Below are positions 10,481-22,750 of a stretch of DNA of 64,000 nucleotides, one piece after another. The notes beneath the pieces are model-generated. The model did no database searches. It saw only the letters and a program-made list of their open reading frames with translations, and was not told where the DNA came from. The stretch's first letter is position 1. Each line of letters opens with the position of its first letter. The DNA comes from Haliotis rufescens (Eukaryota): NCBI RefSeq assembly GCF_023055435.1, contig NW_025964334.1, forward strand, positions 12,896,001 through 12,960,000, given 5' to 3'. The position numbers and the translations under genes were made by a program.

Positions 10481-12893
10481 AGTCCATACAATGACACTGA
10501 AAATGATGCAAAGAGTCATGTTTAGGCAAATAGCATAAAGGTCTTGGTACAAACTGATGGCATCGTCCAGTGTTCAGACACTAGATTTATGGCCAGTAAG
10601 GCTAAAAATAAATGTGTTTCCTAATTCAACCCATCCAAAAATAAGATTGGTAGGTCGTTATTTATTTAAAAATACTTAAATGGTTTCTCTGTGATGAAGA
10701 GCAATTTAACTCTTGAGGCATTCATTTCGGACAATACCGATTATGGCTGTGATGCAAGTCTAGAAAAGTGAACAAGAGGTGTGGAGGGACAGGAGGGAAA
10801 ATGGAAGCCTTGTGTTTGTGGGGGTTGGGTGCTGAGTACTTATGTCTGCATGCCTTGTTCAGAGGGACATGTTCAGGACATCCATGATGACAATATCTTG
10901 TATAGTATGAGGGAGACGAATTTCGTCGCAACCGGAATGGTTATATCGATGGGCAGAAACTTTTCAATCCAGACATTGATTGTCTCTAAGTATTTGTTGT
11001 ATGTTGGGGTAAATTGCTACCCCTTTGTTACGGAGTTTGTGAGAGTGGAGCTAAGGTTCATGTTGTACAAAACTCACTCACATGTTGTAGAAAGACGTAC
11101 CCTTTGTTATGTAATTATTACCATTTTACATCAGTTTTAGTTCTAATCAAAACCTGTACAGTGAAATGTACTTCTGTCATGTAGAAGTCGTCTACAACCA
11201 TTGTGGATGGTGGCATATGTTGGCCGACCAGAGCAGCGAATGAGTGATTAGCCTGTCTTTTACTCCTGAATAAATGCATTTATGCTGTACCCTGCTCGTG
11301 TTTGTTTGTTTGTTGTTGATCACTACACTCAGCAATATTCCAGCTATGTGATCACAGTCTGTAAATAATTGAGTCTGAACCAGACAGTCCAGTGATTGAC
11401 ATCATGAGCGTAGATCTACGTAATTTGGATACGAAGACGTATCAACCAAGTCCACTAGCCTGACCACCCGATCCTGTTAATCGCCTTTTCTGGCAAGCAT
11501 GGGTTGCTGAAGTCCTATTCTACACCGGATCTCCTCGGGTCTCGGACTCGGCGACTGACTCATATCCAGATAACATCAGTCACTGCATTGTCTGGTCCAG
11601 AGCATTGCTGAGTGTCCTGTTTAACAAAAAGCTAGGTTATTTGTACTCAAAGGGAGACTGGCACTGTCATTCACTAAGGAGAATTGCATTCCATTGTCTC
11701 ACCAGGATCCGAATCTTGGTTTGAATCCATGATGAGCCCAGCATATGGCCCTTGGTGTGTCAACACCATGATTTGTGTTTCACCCAAAAGGTAAACATCC
11801 GCATCACATGAAATTGAAATTCGGTGTAAAACTGGAACTGTCCCGCCAAACACTGCTGTGATCACTCAATGCATAAGTGAGATACCACTCACAGCAAGGA
11901 TAACAAACTCACTCAACACTGCCGAATCAAATTGGTTTTCTGAACTAGAGCATACTTGGGTAAGCAAATCGTTGGGAACACCCGTTCTTCATCATGTGTT
12001 GCCTTTAGTATTTTGGGGAAGATCAGATTGCTTTTGTGGCTTTTCCCTACAGTTCAGAAACTGATTCAAATTATTTAGGCCCATGAAGATCCGGGGATAG
12101 AATAGGTCTTCAGCAACCCATGACTGCCGTAAAGGGCGACTAACGGGATCGGGTGGTCAGGCTCTCGGACTTGGTTGATGCATGTCAATCCCCATAGCCT
12201 AGTCGTTAAAGCGTTCGCTCAGTACTCCAAAGGCTCGAGTTCTATTGCCCACATGGGTAAAATGTGTGAAGTCGATTTCTGGTGTCCCACTCAGTGATAT
12301 TGCTGCAATATAGCTAAACACAGTGTAAAACCATACTCACTCATTCACTCATCAAGGTCTATAGAAGCTTTGTGAGTGAGTTGGGTTTAACTCCGCTTTT
12401 AACAGTATTCAAGTTATATCGCGGCGTGTCAGTTTAATATGGGAGGAAAGCCCAAAGTGATGCAGGTCTCAGACGTTTACCACTTTGGTGAAACCCAGGA
12501 ACGCGGGTTTGGTGCTGACAAACTGAAAAACATAATCGGGGCGACCTGGGATTCGAACCCACAATCATAGGTTTGAGTGCCCAAGGGACGCAACTCTGCA
12601 CAGCGAACGGCAACGCCTCAGACGACTGGGCCACCCGTGCCAAGAAGCTTGCTTTATTGAATTGTCTTTGAATGACGATCTACAAAGACTAGGCAAGGTT
12701 GGGTATACTTGCCTCGTGGTTAAAAAGGTCAATAGGCCCATGTAAGATTCCCTTCGTGGCTACACTATATATGAAGACCTTTCTTGGTGCCACCCAGTGA
12801 TATTAATGACATACATATCTTTATACCCTTCATGCCAAATGACAAAGGCTGACTTTGATTTAACGAACCTGTCTGTTCTGGGACAATTGCCAG

Positions 12894-13000
12894 GGCCCCG
12901 TTCCACAAAGCTATCTTAGCGCTAAGTCGGTTGTAACTCCCATTCTTTAACACTGACTTACGACAGTCGTAGAACTAAGATCGCTTTGTGGAACGGGTCC
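12894..13000. mobile_element. 107-bp palindromic MITE, PIF/Harbinger-like
   Basis: TIR ggccccgttccacaaag ... ctttgtggaacgggtcc. Confidence 0.75.
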
Positions 13001-13712
13001 CTTGTTGAGGTGGGTGCCAGTTTGACGTGGGTGCCAACGCATCCTATTGTTGGTTAACATGAAAGATCTGCAAAAAGATCTGTCTCCCACATTAAGTTAA
13101 CACGCCATGGTATGTTCAGAATTCACCCACTCCCAAAAACATATTGTCTATAACCGACATTCCATTTTGATTCAGACGTGTATTTTGCCATTTATAACAA
13201 CTAATTCGACCGCAGAAAATCTTTGATCATATTTGCGTTAGTCCTTAATTTGGCTTTGCTTGCCGGTTTGTTTTTGGGTCAGAGGACGATGCTCCCCGCA
13301 ACATCTAACCACGTGCACGTGGTGCATGTGATTTTCGGAAGTATGCAGCATATGTCAACAAGGGTATGAAACTCCCAAAAATTTCAGCCAGACCACAGGA
13401 CTGGCTAGCTGAAATACTTGCCAGCCCTGACCAAAACCTGCCTGCCCACTATAATCATGTTTCTCAGGATAAGCTAACGGGGTTTCTTTTTGGTTACATT
13501 TTATCATTCATCTTTACATGTGAATTATTGATTATCATCGGGAAATATTTAGAATATTGTCACATATGAAATATAACCCGACCGTCGGGCAGGGGGATTT
13601 GAAAATCTGGCAGCCCGAATTGAAATCAACCCGTCTCGGACGGTCGGGCAGGCAGGTATTTCGAACACTGTGTCAACACATTTCACCAATAACCGACATG
13701 GAATTATCTTAC

Positions 13713-13860
13713 CTTCCCGATGCAAGGCCGGCTTCTTGCTTCTGACAGTTGAAGAACGCGCCTTTGTTGCGGCATTTGCATACTCTATTTTCATTGGTCA
13801 CATTGGTTTAATGTATGGGTGAGCAAAGGGGACAACGCCAGACGCAGCGAGGTAATGTCT
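13713..13860. promoter_or_regulatory. Candidate bidirectional promoter
   Basis: Two ATTGG/CCAAT boxes at ~13793-13807, octamer ATTTGCAT, CpG-rich, with splice donors facing outward on both strands (gaag|gtaaga at 13712 on -, cgag|gtaatg at 13852 on +). Confidence 0.35.
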
Positions 13861-15132
13861 TCATGGCGCGCGCGCGTGCGTGCGTGCGGGCGTGTGTTTG
13901 TTTCTTTTTGTTGTAAACTGTAAATTCATTATTTGGATTATTCATTCAATCAAGACTCTTCGTTTCGCAAAGCACCATTTTCGTTAACTTGACCAGCGTG
14001 TATTCTTTCCCTTGCAAGAGGTCCGTAGACTTCAAGAATATTTTTTGTTGACGTTGATTTTGTATATAATCATATCCAAATGTATTATCAAGAACTTTTT
14101 AAAACTCAAAAATGTTTTGTTACCTTCGTCGTTACTTTTTTTCTGTCCTATGCTGAGTTCAGCAATATTCCAGCCTACAACGAAAATTGGACCCAATCGT
14201 AGTACCTAATTCAGGGCAAGACTCAAGTGATACACATTGTTGTAAGAATTATACTTGGAGAAAGGTTTTTCTATATTTTCAGAAAGCCTTTACTTCGTAC
14301 GATGATTTCTTGACAAAATGAACGCCCCAGATGCCGTTCTTCTGTTTTCTCGATTATTTTTGTATAGTGCATCCTGTATTATGCACTGTATTCTATCTTC
14401 ATTCCATCTTGATCTATTGCTTCGTTTCAAGCCCGATTCAAATGTATGAAGTATGAATTGTAAGTTTCGAATGAAATTGTTCTAAGTTAGTTAAAAGAAT
14501 GGATGTTTATATGTTAAAATATACGCTGTACACTCGAGGATATGTTGAGGGTAGATTTGAAACAGACACCGCTTGGAATTACAAAGCGTCCGTAAAATAT
14601 ACCAAATGTGCCAGTTCCTTACATAATTATATTGCTTGCCTTCAGCTGACCCCCTTAATATTGATAAGCACGAAAGGACATTTCTACTAAATGTAAAGGT
14701 TTGAATATCTTCTCTAGTTAAAAACAAAACAAAAACGAAATAAAAACACCCAAAAAGTTCACAAAGATGGACCGACTGAGCTTCGTTGCACTGATTTACT
14801 CTATGGCACTGTCCTGTCTGGAGGAACTATCTCCTTGTGGGGAACCCCGTGAAGATCGGCGTTAGCATTGATCTTCAACAAACCATGCTTGTCTCCCCCC
14901 GTGAAGATCCGGGGTAAAATTGATGTTCTTCAACCCATGCTTGTCGTAAGAGGCGACTAACAGGATCAGGTGGTCAGGCTCGCTGACTTGGTTGATAGTT
15001 GTCATTGTTTCCCAATAGCGTAGGTCGATGCTCATGATGTTTTTCACTGGATCGTCTGGTCCAGACTCGATTATTTACAGAACGCCGATGAGTGCGGCAT
15101 TAAACAACAAATAAACAAACTGTGGATAATGA

Positions 15133-15304
15133 GTGAGTGAGTTTGGTTTTACGCCGCTTTTAGAAATTCCAGCAATATCACAGCAATATCACGTCGGGGG
15201 ACACCAGAAATGGGATTCACACATTGTACCCATGTCGGGATTCGAACCCGGGTCTTCGGCGTGACGAGCGAACGCTTTAACCACTAGGCTACCCGACCGC
15301 CCCT
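15133..15304 (-). mobile_element. SINE family A copy
   Basis: TSD tgtggataatga (15121-15132 and 15305-15316). Confidence 0.88.
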
Positions 15305-15924
15305 TGTGGATAATGAAGGACAACACTGGCATCACTGTTCCGGAACCTATAATAAACGATGCTTTAAACGGCGTAAAACCATACTCACTCACTCACTCAT
15401 GGATATTGATTGGGCACAAGGTGACGTGGTGAGGTGAAATGGGTAAATATATGACTAAATTTGCGTTGTCTGGGATGCATGTAGTTTCATCTTTTTTTTC
15501 TGACAAAAAACAGGGCACGGCTTGTCGCCTCACTGCATCACATATCCGCATTGATGGCGGAATTCCTCCCCAAAGCACGAGATACGGTTGTCATGTTTTA
15601 ATGTTAAACCCTAATCAACAGTCAGACCAACCAATCCATAAAACTGACTTGCCCGCTGACAGATTTTAGTTCAGATTTATAATATTTATGTGGACCCAAA
15701 CGAGGCCAAGACATTTAAATTGTTTTATCACCTGCCGATCCAAATCTAACATTAAGATGGTTAAAAAAACCATCATCTACAGTGCAATTCATTTTATTAT
15801 TTCGTTCGACCTTTTGACCACATTTTTCACTTTCAATATCCTTAGGATCGTGTGGTAGGACTCGGTGACTTGGTTGATTGTGTGTCATCGTACCCCCACG
15901 ACGTGGCTCGTGACTCGATTGAAA

Positions 15925-16195
15925 GTTTGTTTGTTTGTTTGTTGTTTACGCCGCACTGAGCAATATTCCAGCTATATGACGGCGGTCTGTAAATAATCCG
16001 AGTCTGGACCAGACAATCCAGCGATTGATATCATGAGCATCGATCCCCGCAATTGGGATACAATGACATGCATCAACCAAGTCAGCGATCCTGACCACCC
16101 AATCCCGTTAGTCGCCTCTTGCGACAAGCATAGTCTCCTTCTATGGCAAGCATTGGTTGCTGAAGACCTATTCAACACCGGATCTTCACGGGTCC
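15925..16195 (-). mobile_element. Retroposon family B, full-length copy
   Basis: Same head and tail as 30305-30546 in the opposite orientation. Confidence 0.85.
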
Positions 16196-17129
16196 CGACG
16201 TCATGTTACTGGAATATTGCTGAGTGCGACGTTAAACAACAAACTAACAAACAATATCACCCCTTCCACCTTCATTGGTACTGCCCAAGTCGCCTGTTGT
16301 TGTGTTCCATGTCAAATCACTAAATTACCAAACGACAGAAAGAAAAATTGATTTCTGATTCCATTTTTTACACCAGGTCTTAAAAGAAAAGACCGGAAAT
16401 CCAACAACTGATAAAAAAGGAAAGGCCTGACGATGATTGGGGTGTAATCTCATCACTGTGAAGCACTGACTCACCGAAGCTCCTCAGTTTGCATCCCCGG
16501 TCTCAGAAAGCATGACTCTTAGATAGAACTTCTGAAAAAAGACAGGCAATGTTTTTGTTGTCTGAAGACCACCTATTTATTCTCAAATACATTGGCGTTG
16601 GTGCGCTGTATCATGTTTATTGCGTGGGTGAAATATTGTGTATTTTAAGGAAATGACCGTCTTTTCTTTGTATGGCTATTTCACAGCGCAGAGGTTGGAA
16701 GGCGTTTTGGTACATTCGTCACCATTCGCTTTTTTCCGTAACCTACAAAAAGGCCATAAAACTGGAATAATATTTCTTTACACATCCTTGATTTATTAGG
16801 GTCGGTGGATTTGTAAACAAAGTAATAGGCCATAGAACGCCTTAAAATTATTTCTTTCACCTGATTATCTAGTTGATTTCTTGTTATTTCGCAGATCCAG
16901 CACGACATACCCATGTGGCCACCCTCCAACTCGATCCACGGCCCAGTTCCGCTCAAAGTAACTCGATAACTAGTCAACATGGTTCTAACTTAAGATTGAT
17001 AAATGTAGGCGTCGTTTGGGAGATTCAATAATCGCGACTGGTACCTCTCCCACAATCAATCAAGGCGATTTCCTCCACAAGGTTTGGTCCCCGCGAAGGA
17101 GAATGGTTTCCCCCGGAGACTTAATTATA

Positions 17130-17156
17130 CCGGAAATTGTCTAGTGCGCAAGCGCA
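17130..17156. promoter_or_regulatory. Promoter-like ETS plus NRF1-like site pair
   Basis: CCGGAAA at 17130 and TGCGCAAGCGCA at 17145-17156 (one mismatch from TGCGCATGCGCA) in CpG-rich unique sequence. Confidence 0.4.
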
Positions 17157-18752
17157 GCTTTATTTCGCTCTGTTTGGAAAGAATGATTTGAGATTGTTAA
17201 CATTGGCCAGTTTTAGAGTAATTAGTGTTGAATGTTTACAATAGTAATTCCCTTCTTGTTGATTATCACTGCTAAAGTGTATTGTCCAATGAGAGAACGC
17301 ATTTTGATCACGTGGCAGCACATTTCATATTGCCATGTGTTGCACGTGCAATCCCTGCAAAATGTTATATACGCCTGTCCTTTAGGTGTGGTAGAGAATA
17401 GATTGTGTGTAAAGGGGTTCTGCCGCAAGAACAAAATCTCGCTTCAACGGGCAGTGTTTTGGGCTGAAGAACCTTCCCCGAAAATGTCTATTACACAGAC
17501 GATTAATGGGATGGTCCATGATTTATCAAAGTTTACACCAACATTGAATATTTTTTTCCAAAATTAGTTTTATCCGCCAGTAAGGAAAATATTCGCAAGC
17601 CTTTCTTTGAAAAGGACGTTTAACTTTCGAAGACACGTGATAAAGGTCATGTCTCAAGTGGAACTCAAAATAGTTTACAGCTTAAATAGATTATTCTTTC
17701 CGCCAAGACGAGGAAGCCCACACAACATCGTGCTGACTTGGTTTGTGCATGTCATCGATCCCAATTGCGTGGATCGATGCTCATGATGTAAATCACTGGA
17801 TTGTCTGGTCCAGACTCGATTATTTACAGACCGCCGTCATATAGCAGGAACATTGCTGAGTGCGGCGTTAAACAACAAACAGATCTGGGGTAGAATAGGT
17901 CTTCAGCAACCCATGATTGCCGTAAAAGGCGACTATGCTTGTCGTAAAAGGCGACTAACGGGATCAAGTGGTCAGGCTCGCTGACTTGGTTGATGCATGT
18001 CATCGATCCCAATTGCTGGGATCGATGCTCATGTTATTAATCACTGGATTGTCTGGTCAAGACTCGATTATTTACAGACCGCCGTCATATAGCTGGAATA
18101 CTGCTGAGTGCGGCGTTAAACAACAAACAATCAATCAAAACAACAAACAAACAAACCGCTGCTGCTGTGATTATTGTTCAGAGTATCCGTATAAATAAAT
18201 AACTAAATACATAAATAAATATCTCGGTTAAAGTGATGACACGCCCAGCCACCGAGTTCCGTCTTCCGACAACACCAAAACAATGCTATATATATGTAAC
18301 TCTTGAACACAGCGTGCTGCTTTATGACACGACTCTCCCTGGGCCGCCATTACACTCCATGACGTGTGGAGCGAGCGAGGGAGTTCGTGACCATGCTCAG
18401 GCAGTGAGACCGGAGCATAAACCCTTCACGCGGACAGCACCCCGGGGCCCAGTCGACTAGAGGTTGTAATTCGGCGTCAGTGTCGGCGCGGCGATGTCAC
18501 CGTTGCTGTGGCGATTCTCGGTCACATGCTGTTTAGAGGGCAAGGATGGCCCAGTAGTCCAAGGTGCAACTTATCATGTCCATTTCCAGGGAGGATCTGT
18601 TGATTTTGGGTTCGAATCCAATACTCACTCCGATTATTGCTCTTGGTTATCTTGCACCAGACCGTGTTCGTAGGTTCACCATAGATACACATGTACGACT
18701 TTGTATTTGGGCTTTTCACTTGGTCAACTAGAATGGTTTTTTACTCATTAAA

Positions 18753-18917
18753 GTGAGTGAGTGAGTATGGTTTTACGCCGCTTTTAGCAATATTCCAGCA
18801 ATATCACGGCGGGGGACACCAGAAATGGGCTTCACACATTGTACCCATGTCGGGAATCGAACCCGGGGCTTCGGCGTGACGAGCGAACGCTTTAACCACG
18901 GGGCTACCCGACCGCCC
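18753..18917 (-). mobile_element. SINE family A copy
   Basis: TSD tttactcattaaa (18740-18752 and 18918-18930). Confidence 0.88.
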
Positions 18918-18973
18918 TTTACTCATTAAAACACATGTTTCCTCTTCCTATTGTAGCCGCCATAAAATATCCG

Positions 18974-19047
18974 AGTCCCGTGATGGGATTCGAACCACGG
19001 ACCTCCTGATCAGAAGTCGGACGCCTTGTCCACATGGCCAAAGAGGT
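18974..19047 (-). pseudogene. tRNA-Arg-like pseudogene or SINE head
   Basis: tggccatgtggacaaggcgtccgacttctgatcagg...ggttcgaatccc: TCT anticodon loop and A/B boxes, but the acceptor and T stems are mismatched. Confidence 0.55.
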
Positions 19048-19169
19048 TAACCCCCCGTCAGCAAGCTGACAAGGTAAGGATGTCATCTGTTGGATGACTC
19101 CACGTCCTGCTACACTATATGTTGTGAGCATTAGTTCAAGTTGTTTCTATAAATGTGTTTGCAAATCCG

Positions 19170-19790
19170 TATAACAATAATAGTTAGTGCAGATTCTGAT
19201 TAATGCATCAGTTGATGCCATCAATACTATTTAGGGCAGAGATGACTATTGAACTTGTGAGATTGTTTTGTGCAAGTAATGAATAATCAGTAGCTTTATG
19301 CTTTGTAGAAACACTCTTAAAATTTCCAAATTGTTTCCATGGAAATACAAGAAAATGAAAATGAAATATGAAAAGGCAACAGTCCAGCATGTGGTCACTG
19401 CACGTGTATAATTTAGTGTAAAAATATTCATTGGTTCGTAAAACGAAGCTTAGAGTTATTTGAGACGATGTTGTTTCCATGGAAACGTTACAAATAGAAA
19501 CCAGAACAAATTTAAAATAGAAAACGCTACCAGTGAAACCTATAAGCAATGCCAAGTATCGTTGAAAAATGTTAAACGGTTTGCAAGTTATGACCCGGAA
19601 GCAAACCGTTAGATATTGTTTCCATGGAAACCTAAGAAAATAAAACTTTAAAAAATTTCAAAATAGCAACAGGCACTAGTTAAGTGATGATCAATGCATA
19701 TGCCAAGTTTCGTTGAAATAAGTTGAACGGTTTTCAATTTAAGGCTCGGAATAGGTGAAAACGCCGACGCCGACGGAAGGGGGTGGATTG
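19170..19790. mobile_element. Helentron-associated (HINE-like) non-autonomous element with internal ~140-bp repeats
   Basis: Three diverged repeats each carrying gtttccatggaaa(c/t), two with ccaagt.tcgttgaaa, ending in (gacgcc)n. A similar remnant at ~56160-56720 ends in the hairpin ctcacttgactttcaggtgag. Class assignment is by resemblance only. Confidence 0.5.
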
Positions 19791-20244
19791 GTGGCTGTGA
19801 AGACAGAATTCCCCACACAGGGGTGCAACGTCGAAGCAAGAAGTCGGTAAAGATATGTACAAGTAAGCGGCGAGTCACCCCAAGAATACGACTTTACGAC
19901 TGACACTTTAATATGCCAGTGGCTACACACACGTCCGGTGAACAACTTATACCAAACTCGGGGTGTGAGAGGACAGAGACCCATAAAAAAACAGACAGTT
20001 ATTTCCTGTCTCTCTCACAGACCCCACAGAGCACATACATGTGCTTTATTACACAACCATCCGCATTCCATTCCCATCCACTTTTCAGTTCCAGCAATAC
20101 TTCTCAACCACTTTTCAGCTCTAGGATTTAAGAGACTTAAGGTTTTTCTAATCTCGAGGATTGCTATTTAGAAATGGTTTGTTTACACCTGGTACACAAC
20201 AATATTTCGGGGACAAAGTGTGAGTCTATTTCCAGAAAGCCCAG

Positions 20245-20530
20245 GTGGCCTGTCGGGTCGTTCACGTTACTAAAAGTGGCCTGTTGTGTCGTTCACGTAA
20301 CTAAAAGTGTCCCGTTCGATCGTTCACGATCTGAAGGTGGCCCGTTGTGTCGTTCACGTAACTGAAAGTGGTCTGTTGGGTCGTTCACGTAACTGAAAGT
20401 GTCCGGTTAGATCGTTCACGTAACTGAAAGTGGTCTGTCTGGTCGTTCACGTATCTGAAAGTGGTCTGTCGGGTCGTTCACGTAACTAAAAGTGGTCTGT
20501 CGGGTCGTTCACGTAACTGAAAGTGGTCTG
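20245..20530. repeat. Minisatellite, 31-bp unit, 9 copies
   Basis: TCGTTCACG recurs at ~31-nt spacing from 20258 to 20505. Confidence 0.95.
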
Positions 20531-20666
20531 AAACATTACCAGGGCGAAGCAGGATTCGAAATCACGATCTTGGCTTGCTGACACGTCACACGCCAAAGGG
20601 AGGCAACTCTACACAGCGGACTGAGACGACGTAGGAAATTGGGCCATCCGTGTCTATATCTAAATA

Positions 20667-20947
20667 GAGTGAGTGAGTGAGTTGGGTTTAACGCCGCTTT
20701 TAACAGTATTACAGTTATATCACGGCGTGTCAGCTTAATGTGGGAGGAAAGCCCGAAGTGATGCAGGTCTCAGACGTTAACCACTTCGGTGAAACCCACG
20801 AGCACGGGTATGGTGCTGACAAACCTAGAAACATAATCGGGGCGAACCGGGATTCGAACCCACAATCATAGGTTTCTGGCGTGTCCAAGGGACGCAACTC
20901 TGCACAGCGAATCGCGGCGCCTTAGACGACTGGGCCACCCGTGCCCC
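20667..20947 (-). mobile_element. SINE family D copy
   Basis: Near-identical to 25017-25296; TSD atatctaaa(t/c)aga. Confidence 0.88.
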
Positions 20948-21422
20948 ATATCTAAACAGAATGGAGACATAATACACTAGATAATCTAGGATCCAATCGG
21001 AACCAGATGGCTAGATATCTATCTTTCAGCTGTGCGTCTTCTTGGACATCTTTTTATTAATGGGACATACACTAAAACATTTCGGTTCGGGTTCAGATTC
21101 TTATCTCACATCAAAGGAACGACTTCAACCACGCTAAATCAACCTACACCCACGCAATATCGATCCGCAATAGTTGATATCGACTCCGAGACGCCCAACA
21201 GCTGCTGATAACAGTCAGATTGTGTGTGTTTTGTCCGGGCAGTGATGTCATAAAGCATGTGGTCCAAAACTTGTGATCACGTGATTGATGCCATGTAAAT
21301 ATTTGGATATGTTGGTCCGGATGCTGATAAGGCGTTATATTTTAATAACGTTGTGCAATATGTAGACAGATGTCGTATTTTACCGTAAATGTTCAATAGC
21401 AAGAGTACATGTTGGATCAAGG

Positions 21423-21772
21423 TGAGGTGAAATGTGGTATAACGTCGCGTCCAAGATTATTGCACTTATATAGCGACGTGCATGTACGTGTGTGTGTTTG
21501 TGTGGCTGCTTGTACTAGTCCTTACTGATGCCGATTTATAGTGCTAGCTCACTGAGATACCATGCCGCAGTTTAACATAAATATCCCACTAAGACACGGT
21601 GTACGGACTCCGAGCCGACCAGTCCTTGTTTTAGCCCCTTAATGCCGAGCGCCAGACAGGGTAACAACAAGTACCATCTTTTAACGTCTTTTGGTATGAC
21701 GCGGCCGTGTATCGAACCCCGGACCTTCCGGTCTCCGGGCGGACGCTCTACCACTAGACCACGGAGGCGGTC
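21423..21772 (-). mobile_element. SINE family C, full-length copy
   Basis: TSD tgtt(g/a)gatcaagg. Partial copies at 1-195, ~26815-27130, ~34541-34630 and 52910-53102. Confidence 0.85.
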
Positions 21773-22227
21773 TGTTAGATCAAGGAACAGATACCTGTGG
21801 AGAAAGAGGTGGTGTAGACATTTCAGCCTAGGTTAAGTCAGGGGCCATTTTCCGGTATATCTTATTAAAGAAACGTATGTTTCTGGTAAAACAAGTGACA
21901 TTGGTAACCAAATACCTTTTCCTTATCACACAAAAATTATTCCAATGGAAAAAAAATAAATTTAATGAGGCCTTTTTGAAATTGTGTGCGGCTCAGTCGT
22001 CGACACATCAATATCGGCAATAGCTATTCTTTCATAATTTTGTTTGTTTGTTGTTAAACGCCACACTCGGTAACATTTCAACAATATGACGGCGTCTGTA
22101 AATAATCGAGTCTTGGCCAGATAACCAGGTGAGTGACATCATGAGCATTGCTCAACGCAAATGGGATACGATGACATGCATCAACCAAGTCAGCGAGCCT
22201 GACTAACCGATCCCGTTAGCTGCCGCT

Positions 22228-22750
22228 TAAGACAAGCATTGGTTGGTGAAAACCAATTCTTACCAAGATCTTCACGGGGGTAGACAAGAAATGGGTGGGT
22301 GTAGATCGATTATAACCCGGATCTTCACGGGGGTCGACAAGCATGGGTCGGAAAAGATCAATAATAACCCGGATCTTCACGGGGGTAGACAAACATGGGC
22401 TGGTGAAGACCAATTCTAAACAAGATCTTCACGAGGGTAGACAAGCATGGGTTGGTGAAGATCAATAATAACCTGGATCTTCATGGGTGTAAGACAAGCA
22501 TTGGTTGGTGAAGACCAATTCTAACCGGGATCTTCACAAGGGTAGACAAGCATTGGTTGGTGAAGACCTATTCTAACCCGGATATTCATGGGGCTAAGAC
22601 AAGCATTGGTTGGTGAAGACCAATTATAACCCGGATCTTCACAGGCGTAGACAAGCATGGGTTGGTGAAGACCAATACTAACCCGGATCTTCACGGGGGT
22701 AAAACAAGCATGGCTTGGCGAAGACCAATACTAACCCGGATGTTCATGAG
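22228..22750 (-). repeat. Tandem array of ~10 copies of the 52-bp 5' head of retroposon family B
   Basis: Unit agacaagcatgggttggtgaagaccaattctaacccggatcttcacgggggt is contiguous with a family B copy. Confidence 0.92.

Noticed and set aside
16380-16470. C/D snoRNA in the putative non-coding intron
   Set aside because: A box C-like GTGATGA is present, but no box D or terminal stem at a suitable distance.
17232-17567. 111-aa ORF with signal-peptide-like start
   Set aside because: No recognisable domain or supporting gene structure; likely chance.
18309-18532. RNase MRP/P, telomerase RNA, 7SK or SECIS identity
   Set aside because: Lacks the GAAAGTCCCC/GGGGCT pair, a complete TAACCCTAA template, GATC stem motifs and a correctly placed GA quartet.
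20245-20530. CRISPR-like repeat/spacer appearance
   Set aside because: Linkers are only 10 bp and related to each other; no cas genes; eukaryotic spliced context.
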